Assembly (NCBI GenBank): GCA_049325535.1
Contig: JBMOKY010000001.1
Span: 749,942 to 813,941 of the forward strand
Direction of reading: 5' to 3'
Origin: Patescibacteria group bacterium
GTDB taxonomy: Bacteria; Patescibacteriota; Patescibacteriia; UBA10025; JAHIVO01
Length of the DNA stretch: 64,000 nucleotides
The position numbers and the translations under genes were made by a program. Shown here one piece after another: positions 9,288 through 16,839 of this stretch (the stretch's first letter is position 1; each line of letters starts with the position of its first letter). Below the pieces are notes generated by a model. The model made no database searches. It saw only the letters and a program-made list of their open reading frames with translations, and was not told the DNA's origin.

Positions 9288-9322
9288 TTGGCAAATGATA
9301 AAAAATCCCCCACTCCGATTGC
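9288..9322 (-). terminator. Terminator for 9360..9965 (CCCCCA-c-TCCG attg CGGA-a-TGGGGG + AUUUUUUAU)
   Basis: Seen in sequence. Confidence 0.6.
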
Positions 9323-9359
9323 GGAATGGGGGCGATAGTAGCGGCGGCTGTCACGGAGG

Positions 9360-9965
9360 TCAGTCCGGTATGCCGTGTTCGAAATAGTTGGCGATGGCCT
9401 GATCATAGGCCTGGGTCAGGGCAAATGCCTTGGCCGCCAGTTCCCGCCGGTACTCCAGGTGCGTCTGTCCATCGAAAGAATCCAGGTGTGTGATCAGTGA
9501 CTGATAATCCGACGGTGACGTGATGACCACCACATCCCGGTGGTTCTTTGCGGCGGCGCGAATCAGCGAGGGTCCTCCGATATCGATGTTCTCGATGAGC
9601 TCAGCATCCGTGATGCCCGGCTGCCGGAGCTTTTCCTGGAACGGATACAGATTGACCACCACCAGATCGATGGGTGTGCCGCCGAGCTGTCCCAGCGCGT
9701 ACCAATCCTCCGTCTCCTCCCGACGGAAGAGGATCCCACCCGCGATACGCGGATGGATGGTTTTGACCCGACCGCCCATCACTTCCGGGGATCCGGTTAC
9801 CTCGCTGATCTTCGTGACCGGCAGACCGAGTTGCGTGATGGCGGCATACGTGCCCCCAGTCGATATGAGCTTGACCGGGCGGATGGCCAGAGCGGCTGTT
9901 AATGCGGTCAAATTGCTCTTTTCCGATACGGATATGAGCGCTGTCTTGATTGTCCGCAATTCCAT
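9360..9965 (-). CDS. purH: Stand-alone IMP cyclohydrolase (MGS-like) domain = N-terminal half of PurH; AICAR formyltransferase domain absent
   Basis: Very strong similarity to the PurH N-terminal domain (ALISVS.K, KLISTGGT, GGRVKTIHP, DLVVVNLYPF, ENIDIGGP, AAKNH), including the interdomain linker (RRELAAKAFALTQAYD). The ORF then stops and a terminator follows. Confidence 0.75.
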   Translation of the reverse strand: MELRTIKTALISVSEKSNLTALTAALAIRPVKLISTGGTYAAITQLGLPVTKISEVTGSPEVMGGRVKTIHPRIAGGILFRREETEDWYALGQLGGTPIDLVVVNLYPFQEKLRQPGITDAELIENIDIGGPSLIRAAAKNHRDVVVITSPSDYQSLITHLDSFDGQTHLEYRRELAAKAFALTQAYDQAIANYFEHGIPD

Positions 9966-10065
9966 GACGATTCCTCCATGGGAATAGGGTGTGTACGATG
10001 TATGTTTTTAATTTTATATTTCAGGTAATTGAATAACCTTAACCGATATGTATTTTTTATGCAAA

Positions 10066-10093
10066 TATAAAAAACCCTCGCCTTCAAGCGAGG
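10066..10093 (-). terminator. Terminator for HD-domain gene (CCTCGC-cttcaa-GCGAGG + GUUUUUUAUA)
   Basis: Seen in sequence. Confidence 0.6.
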
Positions 10094-10104
10094 AACGATA
10101 GCGA

Positions 10105-10695
10105 CTACTCCAATCCCAGTGCTTGATTTGTTTCCCGATACACTCGGCTCAGCTCCTCTGGCAGCGGACCATCCAGTTTGGCATTGACCAGATCCACCAC
10201 CTGTCCGTGGAACCACTGCCGGCGCGCGATTGGCGCATTGAATTTCTGGAAAATATCCTGGCCATGGCGCTGGTAAGCATCCACCATGGAAATCATGTTG
10301 TGCAGTTTATCGGCGGCTACGATCATCAGCGCATCGGGACTGGCTTTGCGCAGGTGATTGATGAAATGGGACTTGCGTACCTCCCAGGTAGCGCGCTCAT
10401 CGGCCTGGCTCATATTGGGAATTTTTTCCGGTTCACTGACCTGCAGCACCAGACTGGCCACCCGCTTACCAAAATCACGGGCCATATCCGCGGATGAATA
10501 CCCGGCGACGTCTTCGATCACATCATGCAGTATGGTCGCCACGATGATATCCTCGTCCTGAGTGTGCTGGGAGATGATAAACGCAGCCGCATACGGATGA
10601 GTCACATACGGGATGTCGTCTGTTTTTCGCCGCTGTCCTTCGTGGAGCCGGGCAGCGGTCATAAACGCGCGATGGAGACGGAGGGTGAATTGCAT
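10105..10695 (-). CDS. HD-domain (p)ppGpp hydrolase-like protein (RelA/SpoT-type HD domain, small alarmone hydrolase-like)
   Basis: Motifs HEGQRRK…PYVTHP…LHDVIEDV are typical of the RelA/SpoT HD hydrolase domain. Start placed at the internal ATG (MQFTLRL), because the listed start at 10764 would overlap the upstream terminator. Confidence 0.65.
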   Translation of the reverse strand: MQFTLRLHRAFMTAARLHEGQRRKTDDIPYVTHPYAAAFIISQHTQDEDIIVATILHDVIEDVAGYSSADMARDFGKRVASLVLQVSEPEKIPNMSQADERATWEVRKSHFINHLRKASPDALMIVAADKLHNMISMVDAYQRHGQDIFQKFNAPIARRQWFHGQVVDLVNAKLDGPLPEELSRVYRETNQALGLE

Positions 10696-10723
10696 GCTCT
10701 CAGTATACGACGCTTTGGAAAAT

Positions 10724-10762
10724 AAAAAAAGTGGCGCCTCTGCATATTGCATAACGCGCCAC
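10724..10762 (-). terminator. Strong Rho-independent terminator ending the radical-SAM operon (GTGGCGC-18 nt loop-GCGCCAC + U7)
   Basis: 7 bp GC stem plus inner palindrome. Lies 24 nt downstream of the small peptide stop codon. Confidence 0.7.
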
Positions 10763-10785
10763 ACTAGAAATTCGAGACCGGCGAC

Positions 10786-10881
10786 TTACTGCTTCGTGGC
10801 ACTTTTGGGCGGATTGCCCGGCTTCGTGACGACGACCTTAGTCACCTTCTTGCCGTCCAAGACGGCTTTACACTTGCTCAT
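10786..10881 (-). CDS. 31-aa Lys-rich peptide MSKCKAVLDGKKVTKVVVTKPGNPPKSATKQ; candidate RiPP precursor/substrate, translationally coupled to the upstream radical-SAM gene
   Basis: ATG overlaps the TGA of the 10878..12353 gene (ATGA). A perfect AAGGAGGTGA SD lies 4-13 nt upstream. Terminator lies immediately downstream. The peptide is below the ORF-track size cutoff. Confidence 0.5.
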   Translation of the reverse strand: MSKCKAVLDGKKVTKVVVTKPGNPPKSATKQ

Positions 10882-12353
10882 GCCTTCACCTCCTTCAAAG
10901 AGCTGATGTTATTGTTCCCATCGGGGAACGTCGCGAGATCCTGTACCCTGCGGTACGTCTCGATTATTCGAGCATACAATTCCGGATTGATTCTGTCTAG
11001 TACCTGCAGCGCCCGACGCCGGAACTCATCGAGCATACCGGACCGCTCCAGGAAGCGAATGATCAGGCAATCGTGATGAATAGCCCAGATCAATTTCCCG
11101 TTGTCTTGCTCCTCAAACCCGATCGGATAGAGGCGGCAGGAAAAGGGGCGATCAGTATATACTCGGCACCGGCGCGGTTGCAGCGAACAAAGCTGGCTGC
11201 ACAGCGGTGACGGGACGGACACGTCGATGGATCCATCCGGCTTTTCCGGAAAAGAATGGATGTAATGGGCAGCATCGTTGACTGTAATGGTTTCGACGCC
11301 GCTTTCCTGCATCCGAGCCAATTCCTCGGGCATCAGCCAGACGTATCCCTGGCAGCATTTGTCCGTGCAGGTCCGGCATACCTCGGCAAACGGCGCGTAC
11401 AACGCGTCGAACGCCTGGTTGCATTCGTCCAATGATCGGATTTCCGGTTCCGGCGGGACCAGCGGACACCGAACCGGATGATTGACGATCAGTGTCACGT
11501 TCGGACTGGCCAGCACACGGTAGGAACACATGCTGTCCGCGCACCTGCCAACCAGATCGGTCTGTAACAGTTCATCCAGTGGCCGCTCCAGGATATGCCC
11601 CAGTGCGGCGCTGTGCGCGTGCTGCACCTGCTCACTGCAGAGGAACACCTGACCGTCAGAGCGCAGATATACAGCCGTACCGTCGGCCCAGCAACCGTCC
11701 GGTTCCCACGCAAGCGTTTCGCCGAAGTGTTCCTGCGCCGCACCGCTCACCCGGGTGACCAGTTCCTGACGCTGCACCTCAGACAGTCCGAGCCACGGCC
11801 AGAGCCGCGCCGCCCGTCCCGCCAGCGACACTTCGTTGATATGCAATCGCAGTCCGCGCTGATGCGCGTACGCAATGATATCATCAATGTCGCTCAGGGT
11901 CCGACGAATGACCGTCGTGTACACTGTCACCGGCACGCGATGAATGATTGCCCAATCGATCACTTTGACCACCTGGGAGTACGTCTGTCCGCCACGCACT
12001 GAATCATGCACCCGCGCCGTGGTCCCATCGAGACTGATTCCCATGGGTATATCGTACGACGCCAGGGTTCTGACATCCAATTCGGTTATCAGTGTGGCAT
12101 TGGTGATGACCGCTTGGGCGAGACCGATGGCGGCCGCTCGTTTCACTAGGGAAAAGAAATCCCGGCGTACGAACGGATCTCCTCCGGTCCAGCAGATGCG
12201 GCTCACGCCAGCAGCGAATAGGTGATCGATGACGGTATACGCTTCGACGGTCGTCAGCTCACCGACGCGGGGTAAACCGGAACACTGCACACAATGTGGG
12301 CAATGTAGATTACACCCATTGGTGACTTCCCAGTGGACATCACCTACCGGCAT
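10878..12353 (-). CDS. Radical SAM/SPASM-domain protein with C-terminal CxxCxxxCC (YkgJ/FliB-like, PF03692-type) domain
   Basis: CNLHCPHC (CxxxCxxC) radical-SAM motif and a SPASM/twitch-like Cys region (C…G.VFLC, GHILERPLDEL). The C-terminal CRTCTDKCC…C…C segment resembles the zinc/iron-chelating YkgJ/FliB domain. Start set at the ATG with a GGAGGTG SD (MPVGDVHW). Confidence 0.8.
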   Translation of the reverse strand: MPVGDVHWEVTNGCNLHCPHCVQCSGLPRVGELTTVEAYTVIDHLFAAGVSRICWTGGDPFVRRDFFSLVKRAAAIGLAQAVITNATLITELDVRTLASYDIPMGISLDGTTARVHDSVRGGQTYSQVVKVIDWAIIHRVPVTVYTTVIRRTLSDIDDIIAYAHQRGLRLHINEVSLAGRAARLWPWLGLSEVQRQELVTRVSGAAQEHFGETLAWEPDGCWADGTAVYLRSDGQVFLCSEQVQHAHSAALGHILERPLDELLQTDLVGRCADSMCSYRVLASPNVTLIVNHPVRCPLVPPEPEIRSLDECNQAFDALYAPFAEVCRTCTDKCCQGYVWLMPEELARMQESGVETITVNDAAHYIHSFPEKPDGSIDVSVPSPLCSQLCSLQPRRCRVYTDRPFSCRLYPIGFEEQDNGKLIWAIHHDCLIIRFLERSGMLDEFRRRALQVLDRINPELYARIIETYRRVQDLATFPDGNNNISSLKEVKA

Positions 12354-13695
12354 AGGCCACCTCCGATTCATCGAGCGCGCCTGCCAGAATAAACTGGGTC
12401 AGCGCGCAGCGAATCTCGAGTTCCGCGATGTCGGGAAACCGGGAAATAACCGATTGCTCGGTCGTAAGCCCCTCGTCGATGATGGCGCGCAGCACTTCCA
12501 GCGCGCCGTCGTTGAGGGTGACCGTCTGATACCGGGTCACCAGGAACTTTTCCGGATGACGGTCCAGTACCTTGGTATACCGATTGACGGTAAACTGCCG
12601 ATACGCATCGGGCACCTCAATCGACGGTTCCGGCCGTATCACGTTCGATACGTCGATGGGCGGTTTGGTCAGGCCGCGTACCGCATAATCGATGCAAAAT
12701 CGATCACTGCAGTTCGCGTCGACCTTACAACCACAGACGCATTCGCTCAGAAGCGGACATGAACGGCACGGTTCATCGACCCAGGACAGATCCCGAAAAA
12801 CACCCAGCGACCGTTTCCGCCAGATCACCTCGATCGGCTCGTCCAGCACATTGCCGAAGACCAGTTGGGACTGGTTGCACAGCCGGAAATCGCCCATCGG
12901 ATTGACCGCGCAAAACGTACTCCCGACGCCGCAATTGGACGTCATGCCCTCGCGCAGCAGCCGTTCATCGATGCAGTACGGTATAGCCGTGCCAAATCCG
13001 ACGCGGCCCCCGAGTGACGGAAAATCGTCACGAGCACGCAGCATCTGCGTCACTGCATCGCGAAACTGCTCCACGGTCGGTTTGAGCCGGGGGTCACTCG
13101 CGGAATGCTGGGCGCCGATACCGCCGTCCTCATACCGGTCGACGAATACCGACTCCATGCCGTGTTCCACGGCAACGCAGATGATATCGTAGATCTGGTG
13201 GGCATTGTACCCCGTCAAAACCGGGATGCACCGGACATCATGGCCGGCACCGACATAGTAATCGATCGAGCGAAGCGCCTGATCGAAACTACGCGGACGC
13301 TGGGTGATGAAATCATGGGCAGCCGCGGTCGCCCCGTGAATCGGAACGCCGAAACAGGCCAGACGGCAAGAAATGCCGCGCAGGGTGATGCGCCCATTGG
13401 TGACGATAGTCACCGACGAGTGGTCGCTCAAAAGCTCGATGTACTCATTGAGCTTGGCAACGCCCAGGAGACTCGGCTCACCGCCGATGAGATACACGTG
13501 CGGAATGTGGCTTGTGGACACTGACCGCACGATGCGATCGACCAGTTCCAGATTTGGCGGCTGGTCACGCAACGGATTGTAGCAGAAAATACAATCCGAA
13601 TTGCATTGGTACGTCAGCTCGATGTGGCACAGGTGCGGCACCGAATCATGCGGTACACACGCCAGTCCACATCCGGCGCAATTTTCTCTGTCCAT
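12340..13695 (-). CDS. Radical SAM/SPASM-domain protein with N-terminal extra Cys cluster and C-terminal PqqD-like (RiPP-recognition-element-like) segment
   Basis: CNSDCIFC radical-SAM motif and a full SPASM motif (CGVGSTFC…GNVLDEPIEVIW…CRSCPLLSECVCGC). A C-terminal segment of about 90 aa (LNDGALEVLRAIIDEGLTTEQ…) resembles PqqD/RRE. AGGAG SD before the ATG. Confidence 0.8.
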   Translation of the reverse strand: MDRENCAGCGLACVPHDSVPHLCHIELTYQCNSDCIFCYNPLRDQPPNLELVDRIVRSVSTSHIPHVYLIGGEPSLLGVAKLNEYIELLSDHSSVTIVTNGRITLRGISCRLACFGVPIHGATAAAHDFITQRPRSFDQALRSIDYYVGAGHDVRCIPVLTGYNAHQIYDIICVAVEHGMESVFVDRYEDGGIGAQHSASDPRLKPTVEQFRDAVTQMLRARDDFPSLGGRVGFGTAIPYCIDERLLREGMTSNCGVGSTFCAVNPMGDFRLCNQSQLVFGNVLDEPIEVIWRKRSLGVFRDLSWVDEPCRSCPLLSECVCGCKVDANCSDRFCIDYAVRGLTKPPIDVSNVIRPEPSIEVPDAYRQFTVNRYTKVLDRHPEKFLVTRYQTVTLNDGALEVLRAIIDEGLTTEQSVISRFPDIAELEIRCALTQFILAGALDESEVAYAGR

Positions 13696-13771
13696 GACGG
13701 ACTCCTTTCAGTATATCATCAAAAGTTTCATGTGCTCCAAAAAAGGAGGGGGCAGCGCTGTTTCCACACCG

Positions 13772-14080
13772 CTACCCCGTGACTCCGTGCGACGAGATAC
13801 GAATAATTTCGTCCATGTCGTCCTCCGGCGCGGCCTTGTTTTTTCGTACATGACCGCACGTTTGACAACGCTGGACGATAACGAAATCGCCGCGTTTTTG
13901 CTCGATCGAGATCGGCTCCATCATGCCGAGACACTCGGCCTGACGGTCACCCGGATTGACGTCGACATGCTTCGACCACAAACACTTCGGACAGTGGTTG
14001 GTATACCCCGTACCGACGACTTCATGGCCACAATGTTCGCACGTAAAATCCTCGATCGTGCGGGTGAATTGTTTGGTCAT
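13772..14080 (-). CDS. RNHCP-domain zinc-ribbon protein
   Basis: Literal TNHCPKC motif plus flanking CxxC pairs (CEHCGH…CPKC…CQTCGH). First gene of the radical-SAM operon. GGAGGT SD lies upstream. Confidence 0.65.
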   Translation of the reverse strand: MTKQFTRTIEDFTCEHCGHEVVGTGYTNHCPKCLWSKHVDVNPGDRQAECLGMMEPISIEQKRGDFVIVQRCQTCGHVRKNKAAPEDDMDEIIRISSHGVTG

Positions 14081-14200
14081 TTGTTCGATTAAACCTCCGT
14101 ATTTCTCATTGTACTAAATTGTCAATGAGCTTCATAGTATATGCATATGGCTCACCATTGTCAAGCCCGCTTCCACCCGGAGGAAAATATGGAGCGGCAT

Positions 14201-14231
14201 AAAAAAGGGGGCTCAAACTTTTGAGCTCCCC
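14201..14231 (-). terminator. Orphan minus-strand terminator (GGGGGCTCAAA…TTTGAGCTCCCC + U6) with no confident upstream gene
   Basis: Roughly 10 bp stem with one bulge. A6 on the plus strand gives U6 on the minus strand. Confidence 0.5.
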
Positions 14232-14569
14232 GGCATATTCACAGGAAAGATGTCATGGCATCTGAGACAGACGGCTCCTCGGCCATCCCGTAATTCATCC
14301 AGCAGATGACCTTTTTCCATGCACTCGTTTTTCCCCTTATACACGTACCGTTTTCTCCTGCGAAAGAAGGTAAGTAATCGCATATACCTCCATGGAAAGA
14401 ACACATCCCTATGTATGATTTACCGGCCAGTATAGCGCTGTACCGTACGGATGTCAATAGGTACTGAGGTAAATACGACCCAAGCATTGACACGGTCAAA
14501 TAGATGTGGTACCATCATTCGCTACGCAAAAAAACAGCGTAGTGTTCATACCCAATAAGGAGGTATCCT

Positions 14570-14941
14570 GTGCAGCATCCAGACTGGATTTCTCAATTAC
14601 TTGAGCGGGCGGATATAGGAAAAACAGCCCGGAGTCTGAAGCCGCGCGCTTCGACCGAATCGGTCATCGGACGACTGCCACAGCGGCTCCAGAAACTCTG
14701 GGCCGCCTATACCCTCCAGGCCGACGGTGTGGCGAGTATTCTACGCGCCCTTGATGCGCAGCATGACTACACCCGGCCCATCTCTGGCGCAGAGCCACTG
14801 GAATGCCCGACCCTGACACACGAGACGAATAAACTTCGGCTCATGTACTGGGCATTCTGGCTCGCCGTTCACGACGAGTTCCGCATGTGCGGCAATCTCG
14901 GCGTACGCCAACACTGGCAGTTGGTCAGCATCCCTGACTAG
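14570..14941 (+). CDS. Hypothetical protein (123 aa), GTG start
   Basis: AAGGAGGT SD 5 nt upstream of GTG. A plus-strand terminator lies downstream (14966-15004). Confidence 0.5.
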   Translation: MQHPDWISQLLERADIGKTARSLKPRASTESVIGRLPQRLQKLWAAYTLQADGVASILRALDAQHDYTRPISGAEPLECPTLTHETNKLRLMYWAFWLAVHDEFRMCGNLGVRQHWQLVSIPD

Positions 14942-14965
14942 CGCACCAAAGCGCCACTGTCACCC

Positions 14966-15004
14966 GCCCCCACTGTTGCACCGCATCAGTCGGGGGCTTT
15001 TTTT
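14966..15004 (+). terminator. Rho-independent terminator (GCCCCCACTG…CAGTCGGGGGC + T7)
   Basis: Seen in sequence. Convergent with the end of the CaCA gene. Confidence 0.6.
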
Positions 15005-15962
15005 ATCCACGGCCAATGACGTAGGCCATATACCCGGCAAAAAGGATCAAATAGCCGACCCCCTGCCAGCGCTGCACCGTGTGTTTTTTACCGATGAACA
15101 TGGTGGCAAACAGCGCCAGGGTAGCTACGACGGCTACGCCTACGTCGACATTGATATTGGTATTGAATGGCAGCGGCAAAATGGTACTCGTCAACCCGAG
15201 TATCCAGAAAATATTAAATATGTTTGAACCAACGATATTCCCCACAGCTATGTCGTTTTGTTTGTGGATGGCGGCCACCACCGAAGTGGCCAGTTCCGGC
15301 AGCGAGGTGCCGATAGCCACGATGGTCAGGCCGATCAGCGCCTCTGACATGCCCACCAGCCGCGCCATGATCACTGCCTGATCGACTAATAGTTTTCCGC
15401 CAAAAAATAATGCCAGCAATCCGCCGATGATCATCGCACCGGCAACCAATCCGGAATACATTTTGATATTTTCAGTATCCTCCGGGGTATCACTGCGCGC
15501 CATACCGACCGTATAGTACATGAAAATAATAAACATGCTTATCAACAAAAACCCGTCCGTCCGGCTGAGTAAATCACGCGCTGCGCCATCAGTCGTGACG
15601 TCATTTCCCATTACCAGCACGAGTACTACCGCCAACAAGGCAAATGGTATTTCTTTCCAGGTGGTGCTTTTCTTGACGGCTAAGGGAGTGATGACGGCTG
15701 CCACCCCGAGAATCAATAAAATATTGGAAATATTGCTGCCGATGACATTCCCTACCGCCAGGTCGGCGCTGCCGCGTGCCGCGGAAAAAATGTTGACCAC
15801 CAGCTCCGGCATAGATGTACCAAAAGCCACGATCGTCAAACCGATGACCAGACTGGAAATGCCATACTTCTTGGCTACCGACGACGCACCACGCACCAAA
15901 AATTCTGCCCCACCAATCAGAATTCCCAGCCCTATCAATAGTAAGAGAACGTGAATAAACAT
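15003..15962 (-). CDS. CaCA-family Na+/Ca2+ exchanger (YrbG-like)
   Basis: Two alpha-repeat signatures (GTSxPE…GNxxGSNIxN), one in each half, across 10 TM segments. Confidence 0.85.
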   Translation of the reverse strand: MFIHVLLLLIGLGILIGGAEFLVRGASSVAKKYGISSLVIGLTIVAFGTSMPELVVNIFSAARGSADLAVGNVIGSNISNILLILGVAAVITPLAVKKSTTWKEIPFALLAVVLVLVMGNDVTTDGAARDLLSRTDGFLLISMFIIFMYYTVGMARSDTPEDTENIKMYSGLVAGAMIIGGLLALFFGGKLLVDQAVIMARLVGMSEALIGLTIVAIGTSLPELATSVVAAIHKQNDIAVGNIVGSNIFNIFWILGLTSTILPLPFNTNINVDVGVAVVATLALFATMFIGKKHTVQRWQGVGYLILFAGYMAYVIGRG

Positions 15963-16049
15963 GATACCGACACCAATGGATTATTATTAATTAGTATACC
16001 ATATCCTTCGGGCTGCTGTCCGAATAACCGCACCTACCACGTACCCAAT

Positions 16050-16436
16050 TCACGGCCGATATCTCCGTCCTTGTTCCCACCGGCGAACAGTCCTCTCATC
16101 CATACCCAGATAATGGCCTATCTCATGAAATACTACTTCGTGTACCTGCTGCCGCTGCAATTTGAGATCTGAGCCGGCGACCGCTTCGATTGCATCTTTA
16201 AATATCGTAATCTTATCCGGTAATACACCTGAATAATAAGCGCTCCGGTCTGGTAATGGCACCCCCTCATACAAACCAAGCAGGATGCCATGAGCTTGTA
16301 TTTCCTGCTCTTGCTGACGGGCCCGACGGGGCGTGTCCTCGATGACAAACGCGACGTTTTCGATTCGCTGCCGCACCGGAGCCGGCACCATGCGGATCGC
16401 TTCCTGGATATATTCTTCGCACTGTGTTCTGGTCAT
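16050..16436 (-). CDS. Zincin-like metallopeptidase family protein (DUF1025-type, HEIGHYLG)
   Basis: HExxH embedded as HEIGHYLGMDE near the C-terminus, characteristic of the small putative zinc metallopeptidase family. The listed start is TTG; the first ATG (MTRTQCEE) is used. Confidence 0.6.
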   Translation of the reverse strand: MTRTQCEEYIQEAIRMVPAPVRQRIENVAFVIEDTPRRARQQEQEIQAHGILLGLYEGVPLPDRSAYYSGVLPDKITIFKDAIEAVAGSDLKLQRQQVHEVVFHEIGHYLGMDERTVRRWEQGRRYRP

Positions 16437-16535
16437 AGCACTAGCAAGTATACCATACCGCAGGGTGCTCAAAAAAAAATACGGACCTGAGGGGGTCGGG
16501 TCCGTATGAATGGTGGGTACATAAGGGCGGATGGT

Positions 16536-16694
16536 TTATGTTGGCATTTGTGTTTTCGACGGTGAAACTGGTTCACCGCAGGTCCGACCGCCGAGACACG
16601 GAGCGGTAAAACCATTCAAATGCGGGGGCAATACGGTTTCTTCGGTTCCGTGAAAGAGCTGGTTGCAGAATAGGCACCGTACGGATTCGGTCAT
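16536..16694 (-). CDS. Small zinc-ribbon-like protein (52 aa: MTESVRCLFCNQLFHGTEETVLPPHLNGFTAPCLGGRTCGEP…)
   Basis: GGGAG SD 6 nt upstream of ATG. CxxC…C…C spacing. Not in the ORF track (below 60 aa). Overlaps the listed ORF 16573..16797 in another frame, and that ORF has no start signal. Confidence 0.4.
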   Translation of the reverse strand: MTESVRCLFCNQLFHGTEETVLPPHLNGFTAPCLGGRTCGEPVSPSKTQMPT

Positions 16695-16839
16695 CGATAC
16701 TCCCAATGGTGAGGCTTTTTATTTTTTTATTAGGATGAGTATAGCGTAGTATCGCAATCATATCAAGCCCCAGGGAAGTGCATGAAGTGTCAGGCATTGA
16801 CAGATGCCATTCTATATCCTAGGGTTAGGTGAAAATGAT

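Noticed and set aside
10696-10764. Longer start (10764) for the HD-domain gene
   Set aside because: Would place the start codon inside the upstream terminator hairpin. The internal ATG at 10695 gives a canonical HD-domain N-terminus.
14239-14499. 86-codon minus-strand ORF (TTG start)
   Set aside because: No ATG or SD at the listed start and odd composition. Kept only as a possibility under the orphan-terminator finding, not as a feature.
16573-16797. 74-aa minus-strand ORF from the track
   Set aside because: No initiation signal. The overlapping 52-aa ORF in another frame has a good SD.
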